A stretch of 64,000 nucleotides of DNA, taken from NCBI GenBank assembly GCA_024400785.1, contig JAKSME010000002.1, positions 9,598 to 73,597 on the forward strand. Direction: 5' to 3'. This document shows positions 45,616 to 54,459 of the stretch, piece by piece. The notes below the pieces were generated by a model, which made no database searches, was not told where the DNA came from, and was given only the letters and a program-made list of their open reading frames with translations. This DNA comes from Bacteroidales bacterium. Its GTDB lineage: Bacteria > Bacteroidota > Bacteroidia > Bacteroidales > WCHB1-69. A program made the position numbers and the translations under genes. Every line of letters starts with the position of its first letter. Within the stretch, counting starts at the first letter, position 1.

Positions 45616-46563
45616 ATGGTTGAAATAATAAAAGAGTCGCTTTTACGTGCAGCCAAAACGGTTTGGATGCTGATGAAGGTGATGTTTCCGGTGGCGTTGG
45701 TCTTTCGCGGGCTGCAACTGTTAGGGTGGCTTCCCTACGTGGGCGACGCTCTCGCACCGCTCATGCACATCATGGGGCTTCCCGGGGAAATGGGGCTCGT
45801 GTGGGCCACCACTATGCTGGTGAACATTTACGGCGGACTGTTTGCCTACCTCTCGTTGCTGCCGACGCTGGCAGAGCCGCTCAGCGTGGCGCAAGTTACG
45901 GTGTTGGCGACCGTGTTGCTCATCGCACACACCTTTCCCGCCGAACTCACCGTAGCCACCAAGTGCGGCGTGCGCCTCTGGTTCGCTTTCGCCATCCGCT
46001 TCTTTATGGCCATTTTGTCGGGTTTCATCCTCAATTTGATATACAGCCACGGCGGATGGCTCGCCGAAGCATCCCACCCGCTGATTCACCTCAATTTGCA
46101 CGACTCCACGTGGGGACTCTGGCTGCTGAGCCAGCTCAAAAGTTTCGCACTCATCTTTGTGGTCGTCTTTTCCATGATTCTGTTGATTAAGGTGTTAGAG
46201 AAAATCAAAGTGCTGGACGGAATCAACAGAGTGCTGCATCCGTTGGTGAAATTCATGGGCATCGGTCGCGATGCCGTACCCGCGGTTGTGGTGGGCCTCA
46301 CGATGGGACTGGCCTACGGAGGCGGCATCATCATCGCGGAGGCCGAAGACAAGCACCTCACACCGCAGGATTTGCTCTACTCCATCGTCTTCTTGAGCTT
46401 GTGCCACAGTATCATCGAAGACTCGCTGCTGATGATTTCGTGTGGCGCGCACTACACGGGAGTTTTCCTCTTCCGCATTCTCTTCGCTCTGTTCTTCTGC
46501 TGGCTTTTCACCCCCATCACCCGGAAAACGGGGGTGAAATGGCTGGGGCGAGAAATAGGGTAA
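45616..46563 (+). CDS. polytopic membrane protein, nucleoside-recognition (Gate) domain-like
   Basis: 315 aa, ~8 TM helices. N-terminal VWMLMKVMFPVALVF...MGLPGEMGLVWATTMLVNIYGG resembles Gate-domain proteins (FeoB-C/SpmA-like). GC-rich, hence many shadow ORFs. Confidence 0.5.
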   Translation: MVEIIKESLLRAAKTVWMLMKVMFPVALVFRGLQLLGWLPYVGDALAPLMHIMGLPGEMGLVWATTMLVNIYGGLFAYLSLLPTLAEPLSVAQVTVLATVLLIAHTFPAELTVATKCGVRLWFAFAIRFFMAILSGFILNLIYSHGGWLAEASHPLIHLNLHDSTWGLWLLSQLKSFALIFVVVFSMILLIKVLEKIKVLDGINRVLHPLVKFMGIGRDAVPAVVVGLTMGLAYGGGIIIAEAEDKHLTPQDLLYSIVFLSLCHSIIEDSLLMISCGAHYTGVFLFRILFALFFCWLFTPITRKTGVKWLGREIG

Positions 46564-46613
46564 TGGTGGAATGGGTTAATGGTGGAATGGTGGAATGGGT
46601 GAAAGGGGGGGGG
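46563..46613 (+). repeat. GTGGAA/GTGAAA hexamer array 3 ending in a G9 tract
   Basis: ATGGTGGAATGG units. GTGGAA at 46566, 46582 and 46590; GTGAAA at 46599; G9 at 46605-46613. Starts at the upstream stop codon. Confidence 0.85.
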
Positions 46614-46813
46614 AATAGTAACATCATGAGTATTAAGAAATTGTTGATTTTTGCAGCCACGATTTTTATTCCAAAAGAAAGAATGCAGAATTTTCCATCA
46701 CCCCTAAATTACTGAATATCAATCATTTTTCTAATAAATAAAAAATTATTAAAGTTTACAGGTAAATATCTGTATAGCAATAAATTAGACGAAATTTTTA
46801 ATTTATATTCAAC

Positions 46814-47551
46814 ATGGAACAGAAAAAAAGCAAAAAAGCATTCACTATTGCAGCGATTATTTTGATTTTATTGGTAATCGCAGTAGTTGTCTACTTATTG
46901 ATCAAATCAGAGAATAAGAAATCGGAAAATTCCGACTGCATTGCCACCGCCGCCGCAAACGATTCCACCAAAAATGTAAACGAAGATTCCATCAAATTCG
47001 TCACCTTCACCAGTTCCGATTTGATGATGCACGGTCTTCACGGGAAAGTGAAACGCGTGGTTTATACAGAAGGAGCAGGGGTTGCAACAGAAATCACCGA
47101 AGCCGTTTTCGACACTTTAGGGATTGGAAGCTCCATGAAAATTAATAGAGGAGAACCCATTGTTACGAGAAATGAATCATCACAAATAATACGCCTGAAG
47201 AATCAAAAAAAGTTTGACAATACGGATGAATTTTTCAACTATGAGTACAAATATAACCCACAGGGACAAATCTGCAATGAGAATGCCTACGGCTGGGAGT
47301 GGAATTTTGAAGACAAATGTGAATGGGATGAAAATGGTTTTCTGCAAAAAAGAAGCGGAAACGATGGCAATGAAATGGGAAGTGCAGAATTCACACAGAC
47401 CTATCAATACCTTTCATTCGATCAATATCACAACTGGACCGAAGCAGAATGTACGGTCAAAAGTCGTTGGAAAGAACATTTCGGAGATTACGAAGAATGG
47501 GAGACAAAGACGATTAAAATCAAACGTGAAATTGAATACTTCCCCAGATAA
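46814..47551 (+). CDS. hypothetical membrane-anchored protein
   Basis: 245 aa; N-terminal TM helix (FTIAAIILILLVIAVVVYLLI) and a W/E/N-rich extracytoplasmic domain. AT-rich gene. Confidence 0.45.
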   Translation: MEQKKSKKAFTIAAIILILLVIAVVVYLLIKSENKKSENSDCIATAAANDSTKNVNEDSIKFVTFTSSDLMMHGLHGKVKRVVYTEGAGVATEITEAVFDTLGIGSSMKINRGEPIVTRNESSQIIRLKNQKKFDNTDEFFNYEYKYNPQGQICNENAYGWEWNFEDKCEWDENGFLQKRSGNDGNEMGSAEFTQTYQYLSFDQYHNWTEAECTVKSRWKEHFGDYEEWETKTIKIKREIEYFPR

Positions 47552-47650
47552 GGCATCATGAGCCGCCGTGTCGCTATTCCCGCTTAACCTAAACGACATT
47601 AAGAGGGATTCAGCCTTTTTCATTTTTTGTCATGTACTAAGCGTTCTATT

Positions 47651-49222
47651 ATGAAAAAGACCACCTTATTTCCTATCGTGATTTTTGTCATCATTTTAGT
47701 TTCCGTCACTTTAACGGGATGCAACAGACAGGATCCGAAAACATCCTCATTGAAAGTGGAGCGACAACATGTTTGTATCAATAATTATGAAGGTACTTAC
47801 AGTTTCGATGTTTCGGTCGATGTGCCTGTTTCCGGGCCGCAACAACTACGGGATTCCATTATGATCTTTCTGAACCACGAACTCTACCATGCGTTTGAAA
47901 ATGTCATTGACACTTCTTGTAATGAATCCAAATTGTTTCAATCCAAAGAAGTTTATGTTAAAGAACCGTACCTCACTTTGGATTCATATTCTAAAAAATA
48001 TGGAAACAGCGTCAAAAAACTGCTGAGCAACCACTACAATTTGAACATCTTCTTGGTAGCACAAACCAATTCTTTTATCACCTACGCTCTTGAATGGTAT
48101 CATTGTGGCGGTAGCTGCGGTTCAGAACTCCTTTGCTACACTTTCGACAAAAAGAACGGACATGTTCTCGATTCTATCGTAAAAGAAAAAATGCTTAGAC
48201 AATACCTCAAAAACTTACCAGAAAAAGAACAACCGTTTAAAGATAATCTCGTTTACTACGATAGTCCTAAACAGATTTTTGATTTTGCACTGATGGAGAA
48301 AGGGCTCCTTATTACCACCAATTTGGTCAACCACTATCAGGTTTTCCTTTTGGACTACAAAGATGTTTGGTCATACCTTACTCCAAAAGCCCAAGAACTG
48401 GTAGAGACAATGGGAGACAGCACTCAGAACAAATGGAGTGAAAACTTCGTCGGGGACCGGTTAGGAAGCGTCAAAACCATTGATGGGAATACCATCATCC
48501 TTACTCAAACACCAAGTCAACAAGATTTTATCGGCGATTTCTTCATGGATGATAGTAAGGACAAATATACATGGACCCATAAGGGAAATTTTTCCAGCTT
48601 GAGGGCATTTAACGCTAATAATGGTCAAGGATTCAATATTATTGATGATAGAACCATATTGTATGCAAATGACGATGAAATATGTACTTCCGCCCCTGAT
48701 AAAAGGGTATTCTCTTTCTCCCAGAAAAACAACACATTGTATATTCCAGTAAATTTAAGGGAAGCGATGGGATTTTCTACTTACTATGATAAATATGACA
48801 TTTACCAATTTAATGGGACTAATTTTGTTCATAAGGGTGAGGGCTGTGGGTATTGGCTGCACCCGAGTTTGCAAGATTTTACGAAAATGGTATTATATGG
48901 TGAATCAAGCCAATACATAGTAAGGGTAGACATGGTGGAAACTTCTAACGAAAATTATAACAGCATAGATGAAACAGAATCTAACAACACAAATTGTTAC
49001 CGTTATGCTGCTTGGAAGAAGAACAAAAGCACACTTGATGCTCCCGACCTGGTTATAAACAATGGTTATTATGATAAACAGAATAAATGTTTTGCATTTC
49101 GAAATAATGGATACGAGTATTTGGTCAACCCAGACAGTGAATACTTAACCATATTGCAAAACGGGAAACAACAAGAACAGATTCTCCTCAATAATATGGT
49201 CTACTGTTGGCGATCGGAATAA
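47651..49222 (+). CDS. hypothetical lipoprotein (DUF3298-like segment)
   Basis: Start at the ATG at 47651 gives MKKTTLFPIVIFVIILVSVTLTGC (lipobox). The internal ...ITYALEWYHCGGSCGSELLCYTFDKKNGHVL resembles the DUF3298/RsiV-type pattern (Y.GGAHG...fD..tG). AT-rich. Confidence 0.5.
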   Translation: MKKTTLFPIVIFVIILVSVTLTGCNRQDPKTSSLKVERQHVCINNYEGTYSFDVSVDVPVSGPQQLRDSIMIFLNHELYHAFENVIDTSCNESKLFQSKEVYVKEPYLTLDSYSKKYGNSVKKLLSNHYNLNIFLVAQTNSFITYALEWYHCGGSCGSELLCYTFDKKNGHVLDSIVKEKMLRQYLKNLPEKEQPFKDNLVYYDSPKQIFDFALMEKGLLITTNLVNHYQVFLLDYKDVWSYLTPKAQELVETMGDSTQNKWSENFVGDRLGSVKTIDGNTIILTQTPSQQDFIGDFFMDDSKDKYTWTHKGNFSSLRAFNANNGQGFNIIDDRTILYANDDEICTSAPDKRVFSFSQKNNTLYIPVNLREAMGFSTYYDKYDIYQFNGTNFVHKGEGCGYWLHPSLQDFTKMVLYGESSQYIVRVDMVETSNENYNSIDETESNNTNCYRYAAWKKNKSTLDAPDLVINNGYYDKQNKCFAFRNNGYEYLVNPDSEYLTILQNGKQQEQILLNNMVYCWRSE

Positions 49223-49356
49223 ACTTTCAAACATTAAAACACCGATTCCAAGAAAGATATTAATAATTTCTTTTTCCTTTATGGCATCCTCTTTTTAACC
49301 TAATTCACATAGCCATTCAACCTTTTTCATTTTTTCAAAGAAGGCGTTCTGCGAGC

Positions 49357-49376
49357 GGATAATTGCCATAAAAATC
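49357..49376. repeat. 20-bp direct repeat, copy 1 (GGATAATTGCCATAAAAATC)
   Basis: Identical to 49503-49522. Confidence 0.9.
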
Positions 49377-49417
49377 CGGAATCATCCCTTTTCGTCTTGT
49401 AAAAACTTTTGGACTTC

Positions 49418-49489
49418 GTGGAAAGGGTGAAAGGTGGAAGGGTAAAATAAATAATTAACCCTTAATCCTTTCAACTCTTCACCTTTTTT
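49418..49489 (+). repeat. GTGGAA/GTGAAA hexamer array 4 forming the 5' arm of a long imperfect hairpin with a T-tail
   Basis: GTGGAA at 49418 and 49434; GTGAAA at 49427. AAGGGT (49438-43) pairs with ACCCTT (49458-63), and outer GGTGAAAGG pairs imperfectly with CCTTTCAACTCTTCACC. Followed by T6 (49483-88). Confidence 0.7.
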
Positions 49490-49502
49490 GCAAGATTAAA
49501 GG

Positions 49503-49522
49503 GGATAATTGCCATAAAAATC
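49503..49522. repeat. 20-bp direct repeat, copy 2
   Basis: GGATAATTGCCATAAAAATC, immediately upstream of the -7 box at 49525. Confidence 0.9.
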
Positions 49523-49524
49523 AG

Positions 49525-49532
49525 TATCTTTG
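49525..49532 (+). promoter_or_regulatory. -7 promoter box TATCTTTG
   Basis: CAGTATCTTTGCGCC, 20 nt upstream of the ATG at 49553. Confidence 0.6.
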
Positions 49533-49552
49533 CGCCTTCAAATTTTAGCAAC

Positions 49553-50953
49553 ATGAAAATAGACTTTTTAGGCGCTACCACCGAAGTTACTGGCAGTAAA
49601 TTTCTCCTGACCACAGTAAAGGGAGTGAAAATTTTATTGGATTGCGGAATGTATCAAGGCAAAGGTCTTGAAACCGACAGTATGAACCGCGATTTGGGCT
49701 TTGACCCGAAAGAGATAGACTTCATCATTCTTTCCCACGCACACATCGACCACTCCGGGCTAATTCCATATATTGTCAAATTGGGTTTCAAGGGCACTGT
49801 GTTTTGCACACCCGGCACGCGTGACCTTTGCGCCATCATGCTGCCCGACTCCGGCCGCATCCAAGAAACCGATACCGCGCAATTCAACAAAAAACGCGCT
49901 TTCCAAAAACTGCCTCCGGTAGAGCCCCTCTACACGATGAAAGATGCCGTCACCTGCATGCGCCGTTTCGTATCCGTACCTTACAACCATCCCTACGAAA
50001 TCACCAAAGGCTTCCAGGTGGAATTCATCAATACCGGACACATGCTCGGGAGCAGCGCCGTATACATCCATTATGCGGAAGGAAGAAAGAAGAGAACTCT
50101 CTGCTACACCGGCGACATCGGCCGTTACAACAAAACCATCCTACCCGACCCCGAAGCATTTCCTCAAGCCGACTACATCATCACCGAGTCGACGTATGGC
50201 GACCGCCTCCACACCACCATCGAAGAAGCGGAACACGACCTGATGATGGTAATCAAAGAGGCCTGTGCCCAGCGGAAAGGCAAACTAATCATCCCCTCCT
50301 TCGCCATCGGCCGCACACAAGAAATTGTATACGCTTTGCAAAATCTTGAAAACCAACATAATCTTCCCGATGTCGATATCTTCATCGACAGCCCGCTCGC
50401 AGTAGCCGCTACCGACGTTTTCCGTCTCCACACCGACTGTTTCAATGAAGAGCTGCAGGAATACATCAAAACCGACCCAGATCCGTTTGGATTCCAAAAG
50501 GTCCACTATATCCGCAGCATTTCCGATTCAAAGAAGCTGAACAGTTACAACAGACCGTGCATCATTATTTCCGCATCAGGGATGATGGAGGCCGGGCGCG
50601 TTAAGCACCACTTGGCCAACAATATCGAAAATCCGAAAACCACCATCTTGTGCGTCGGATACTGCTCTCCAACCACACTGGGGGCCAAAATCATGCGCGG
50701 CGACAGCGAAGTTTCCATCTTCGGAAGCAAATACAAAGTTCGCGCAACGCTGGCCAGAATAGAAGCATTTTCCGGCCATGCCGACTACAAAGAATTAATT
50801 CAATATCTTTCTTGTCAAAACAAGAAGAAAGTGAAAAATATTTTCATAGTTCATGGGGAAGATTCTTCACGCATTGCCTACTCACAGCACCTGAAAGATG
50901 CTGGTTTCAAGAACAATAGCGTGCCTAAGTTCCGTGAATCTGTGGAAATCTAA
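49553..50953 (+). CDS. MBL-fold metallo-hydrolase of the beta-CASP (RNA-metabolising) type
   Basis: 466 aa; HAHIDHSG zinc motif, ESTYGDR, and a C-terminal FSGHAD...VHGE pattern typical of beta-CASP nucleases. Confidence 0.85.
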   Translation: MKIDFLGATTEVTGSKFLLTTVKGVKILLDCGMYQGKGLETDSMNRDLGFDPKEIDFIILSHAHIDHSGLIPYIVKLGFKGTVFCTPGTRDLCAIMLPDSGRIQETDTAQFNKKRAFQKLPPVEPLYTMKDAVTCMRRFVSVPYNHPYEITKGFQVEFINTGHMLGSSAVYIHYAEGRKKRTLCYTGDIGRYNKTILPDPEAFPQADYIITESTYGDRLHTTIEEAEHDLMMVIKEACAQRKGKLIIPSFAIGRTQEIVYALQNLENQHNLPDVDIFIDSPLAVAATDVFRLHTDCFNEELQEYIKTDPDPFGFQKVHYIRSISDSKKLNSYNRPCIIISASGMMEAGRVKHHLANNIENPKTTILCVGYCSPTTLGAKIMRGDSEVSIFGSKYKVRATLARIEAFSGHADYKELIQYLSCQNKKKVKNIFIVHGEDSSRIAYSQHLKDAGFKNNSVPKFRESVEI

Positions 50954-50955
50954 AG

Positions 50956-53241
50956 CTAACGAACAATTACTTCGTCACAAAAAATCCAACAAGGCTGCCC
51001 CACTCCGCGGTGCCATTCCGGATTTTTCAACAACGACTCCGCGCGCACGCGCACGTAACGCCCGCGCTGCGATTTTACCTCAAAACTGAAATTTACCAAC
51101 TTACACTCGGCCAACGATTTCTCATTCTCGTATGACCGAGTGGCTATTTCTGTCCAATCTTCTTGATTATCAGAAATATAACAAGTCACCTTCTTCGGCG
51201 CAAATATCCACGAAAGCGGGTAAAACAGGAAATCGGCACTGATTCTATGAACCTCTTGCACCGAATCCAAATCAATCACTACATCCATGTCCTGCCCCCA
51301 AAATCCCAGCCAATTGAAGTTGTAGTTCATAATTCCAAAATTACCGTCCGTCAATGCCTTCGCCCCTCCCACATCATAGAGCGGGCTCCACTCCGTTGAA
51401 CAGGTTACACGCTTTCCAACCGAGATGTTTCGTTCCAACGACTTTTTAATGTAATTAACAACATTCTGCCGTAACTGCTGCGGGTTGTATTTAATCTCAT
51501 CCAAATACTTAACTCCCAATCTGTCACAATCTTGTATAAACTTATCGAGTTTTTCCAACATTTTCGGTTGTGCCTTTTTTTGGCCAAGTGAGTCATAAAA
51601 AAAGTATGACAACTCGGGAGAAATATCACTCATGGAAAGCTCCAAAACAGCAAAGTCGAGTGAGAGTTCCAACAGACGGAGCCGGTCATTATAACGGGAA
51701 ATTTCGGCGGCGCTACAGCCCTCGAAAGGCGCAACGCTGTACGCTTTTTCAAAAAGCGACTGATAAAAAGCCACTTTGTCGGGGGCAAGGTAACCGTCTT
51801 TAGCATTGATGGGATAACCATAAATATTGAGAAATTGCCCCGAAGCCAAAAGGGCGTCGCGCATGGTGTCATAGTACTGCTCTATGAAACGGGCTCGATT
51901 GGATCCGTAATGTGCATTTAGAAATTGCGAGCGGAGACTGTCCACATCTATGTCGGCATTCCACAGCAAATGAGCAATCAGGTAGGTTCTCCACTCATAA
52001 TTCTCTGTCACATTTTGGCCGGATCCCTGTTCAAACATCATGGGAACGCCGTGGTCGCGGAAATTTTGCAAATTGGGTTGGATGACGTGCAAATTGGGAA
52101 AAGGGTCCATGTAATTGCGAAATTGCACCACGTAGTCCCACAATAAGATATTGTGTGTCAACTGTGTCCATTCCTCCAAGTCGCGTTGGAAGGAATTTGG
52201 CCCATGGTCGGCGGCAATGGGTTTTTGGCGGCCACACTCGATGGAACAGAGCATGATGTTGACATTTTTAGCCGGCAGAATGTTCTTGGGAGTGTGGCGC
52301 GTCTGCTGGTATGCCAACGTGGAAATGGTTTTGTCGGGAAAACGAGCAGCCACTTGATTCACAAACCAAATCATGGTACCGGTAGGGCCGCCGTAAAGCG
52401 AGTCGAGGTGACGGCAATGCGGACAGGTACACGAACTCTCGTTATCATTTTGCGAGACCGACCAAATCTGCTTTTCCGGCTCGGCTTTCATCCTGATTTC
52501 CAAGTTTTTACAAAGTTCTTCCAACACTTCGGGGTTGCTCAGGCAGAGTTGGCCATCGCGCACGCGCTGCCCGTGCATTTCTGAAAACCACTCCGGATGT
52601 GCGTCAAAATATGTACTCACGGGAATCAGGTGCTGAAAAGTGTGGACAAAGAGTCCCCAATCGTGATAGAAGTCGTTGCGGTTGTGGAGTTTGTGCCAAA
52701 CGGCATACATCGTATCCTGATTGGGAATCAGGTGCAAGGTTTCGCGGTACAGGAAGGAAGGATTTTGCAAATCTTGAATATTAATCGTCAGTTTGTCAGG
52801 AAGTTGCGAGTAATGGATAGAGAAAGCTGAGGTGTAACTGCAGCCCAAATAATTTTCTAAGAAGTGGCAAACGGCATAGCGAGGGGCGCGTGTGTTTTCA
52901 TTTCCCAAAAAATATAAATTTTTTCCGTCTGTATGGATGAGAAAACCGTCGTCTCTGATTTGGTTTCCGTACTGTTGGAAGATGTTTTCCGACAGTTTGT
53001 TTTTGCCAATAATGATAGCTTGTTTGCCGTGATAGTTGGAATAAGGGACAATTTTGTAGGAGCGTGAGAAAATTGTATCTAATTGACTTTTAAGAAATTG
53101 AGCGGCAGACACTACTTCTGGAGAAGCGTTGTCATCCATCACAATCACGAAATTATCTTTGGGGTGGAAGGTGATGGGTTGCTGAGAAAAGGCATTAAAA
53201 AAAGTTAAGATGAAAGCGAAAAGGGGAAGAAATCTTTTCAT
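50956..53241 (-). CDS. secreted DUF4838-like protein (GH20-like fold with C-terminal F5/8-type-C-like domain)
   Basis: 761 aa with signal peptide. Overall resemblance to the Bacteroidales DUF4838 family, from memory. C-terminal ~150 aa resembles a discoidin domain. Tentative. Confidence 0.45.
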   Translation of the reverse strand: MKRFLPLFAFILTFFNAFSQQPITFHPKDNFVIVMDDNASPEVVSAAQFLKSQLDTIFSRSYKIVPYSNYHGKQAIIIGKNKLSENIFQQYGNQIRDDGFLIHTDGKNLYFLGNENTRAPRYAVCHFLENYLGCSYTSAFSIHYSQLPDKLTINIQDLQNPSFLYRETLHLIPNQDTMYAVWHKLHNRNDFYHDWGLFVHTFQHLIPVSTYFDAHPEWFSEMHGQRVRDGQLCLSNPEVLEELCKNLEIRMKAEPEKQIWSVSQNDNESSCTCPHCRHLDSLYGGPTGTMIWFVNQVAARFPDKTISTLAYQQTRHTPKNILPAKNVNIMLCSIECGRQKPIAADHGPNSFQRDLEEWTQLTHNILLWDYVVQFRNYMDPFPNLHVIQPNLQNFRDHGVPMMFEQGSGQNVTENYEWRTYLIAHLLWNADIDVDSLRSQFLNAHYGSNRARFIEQYYDTMRDALLASGQFLNIYGYPINAKDGYLAPDKVAFYQSLFEKAYSVAPFEGCSAAEISRYNDRLRLLELSLDFAVLELSMSDISPELSYFFYDSLGQKKAQPKMLEKLDKFIQDCDRLGVKYLDEIKYNPQQLRQNVVNYIKKSLERNISVGKRVTCSTEWSPLYDVGGAKALTDGNFGIMNYNFNWLGFWGQDMDVVIDLDSVQEVHRISADFLFYPLSWIFAPKKVTCYISDNQEDWTEIATRSYENEKSLAECKLVNFSFEVKSQRGRYVRVRAESLLKNPEWHRGVGQPCWIFCDEVIVR

Positions 53242-53249
53242 AAAAAATG

Positions 53250-54392
53250 TTATTTATGTTTCAAATTGAAAACGACGATTTCGGGAGTAGCGCCAAAACG
53301 GAAGGGCATCGCACCTCCCACACCAATGGAGACAAACAGCTTCTGTCCGGCTTCTTCATACAGCCCACCCCACTCGTCGTACATCCAAATCACGGGAGAA
53401 AAATTTCCCAGTTTTACCTGCATGGCATGGGTATGTCCGGAAAGCATCAACTCTATGTCAGTTTTTGGCAGAACCTCGAGTCTCCAATGATTGGGATCGT
53501 GGCTTAATAAAATCTGGAAAACTTTGTCCGACAAACCATTACGCGCTTTAGAAAGATTCCCACGGTGAGGGAACGGCGGCTTTCCAATGTCACCAACACC
53601 CACAATGGCCAAACTGTCGCTACCTCGGTAAATCAGCTGGTGGGCATCATTCAGCACGGTCCACCCCATCGCTTGCTCCACATCGATAATTTTCTGTTTT
53701 TCCTTTTCGGCTCCATCGGCCTCAGTGTAACGGGCATAATGCCCGTAATCATGGTTTCCGAGAACTGAGAAAACACCATCTTTGGCGCTCAGTTGCGAAA
53801 GAATTCCCTTGAAATTGTCCACTTCCGAGGCCTTCATATTCACCAAATCGCCCGTAAAAACAACCATGTCGGGATGCAAATCGTTCACCCGTTTCACCAA
53901 CCTTTCAATATAACGCGTGTTGCTATAAGCTCCGAGATGAAGGTCGGAAATCTGTACCACCCGATAGCCATCAAAAGTTTCTGGCAAATCGGAAAATGTC
54001 AATTCTTGTTCATTCGTATTTAATTTCAACCTTCCCAAAGTACAAGCGTAAATAGCTATTATAAAAGATATTATAGAAATAATGACAGCTACTCTATGAA
54101 ATCTCACTCTGCCATTTTTTGACCAATGTTCAACGATTTTAGAAATGAAATCGAGCCCTAAAAAAACGGCTTTCGGTGCCGAAAGACAAATCATGATATA
54201 GAAAAGCCATCGGGTGAGTGCGGGTGAACAAACATAGAAAAGACGGAGTGTTTCTACCATTGCCACATAGAGCAAAGGAAGAAAGAACACAAGTGAGTAC
54301 CAGATTCTCTTTTTACGAAGATAAAAGAACCAAATATAGAGATCTGGGACGATTAAAAGCGAAGCGAAAATAAGGAACAGCGAAAGTCTCAT
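53250..54392 (-). CDS. membrane-anchored metallophosphoesterase
   Basis: Four N-terminal TM helices, then the calcineurin-like motifs ISDLHLG, FTGDLVN, GNHD and SGHTH. Confidence 0.8.
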   Translation of the reverse strand: MRLSLFLIFASLLIVPDLYIWFFYLRKKRIWYSLVFFLPLLYVAMVETLRLFYVCSPALTRWLFYIMICLSAPKAVFLGLDFISKIVEHWSKNGRVRFHRVAVIISIISFIIAIYACTLGRLKLNTNEQELTFSDLPETFDGYRVVQISDLHLGAYSNTRYIERLVKRVNDLHPDMVVFTGDLVNMKASEVDNFKGILSQLSAKDGVFSVLGNHDYGHYARYTEADGAEKEKQKIIDVEQAMGWTVLNDAHQLIYRGSDSLAIVGVGDIGKPPFPHRGNLSKARNGLSDKVFQILLSHDPNHWRLEVLPKTDIELMLSGHTHAMQVKLGNFSPVIWMYDEWGGLYEEAGQKLFVSIGVGGAMPFRFGATPEIVVFNLKHK

Positions 54393-54410
54393 TGTTTATA
54401 TTTAAAAGAA

Positions 54411-54434
54411 AAGCACCTTTGTCGCAAGGTGCTT
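54411..54434 (-). terminator. rho-independent terminator ending the sppA operon
   Basis: AAGCACCTT / AAGGTGCTT, a 9-bp stem with a 6-nt loop, followed on the minus strand by TTCTTTTAAA. Confidence 0.7.
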
Positions 54435-54459
54435 CCTTCTGCTAAAAATTGGCATTAAG

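Noticed and set aside
45616-46563. A GC-rich stretch next to tRNA-Glu with many overlapping ORFs, considered as a horizontally acquired gene.
   Set aside because: Several clearly core genes in the window (e.g. 29944-31104, 37500-39300, 42491-44634) look similarly GC-rich by eye. Without a full compositional calculation it is not a convincing outlier, and the contrast comes mainly from the AT-rich island to its right.
46401-46715. A 104-aa ORF translating repeat array 3 as MVEWVNGGMVEWVKGG...
   Set aside because: It is an out-of-frame continuation from inside the membrane-protein gene through the GTGGAA array and the G9 tract. It has no start context, and its repetitive peptide is a by-product of the DNA repeat.
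47584-47628. A ~41-45-nt related segment after each island gene (47584-47628 and 49295-49335). On the minus strand it starts with ATGAAAAAGG, considered as a conserved small ORF.
   Set aside because: The minus-strand peptides agree only in MKK.E. One stops after 11 codons, and the other (47414-47623) runs antisense into the upstream gene. There is no conserved coding signal. It is kept only as a minor repeat within the island finding.
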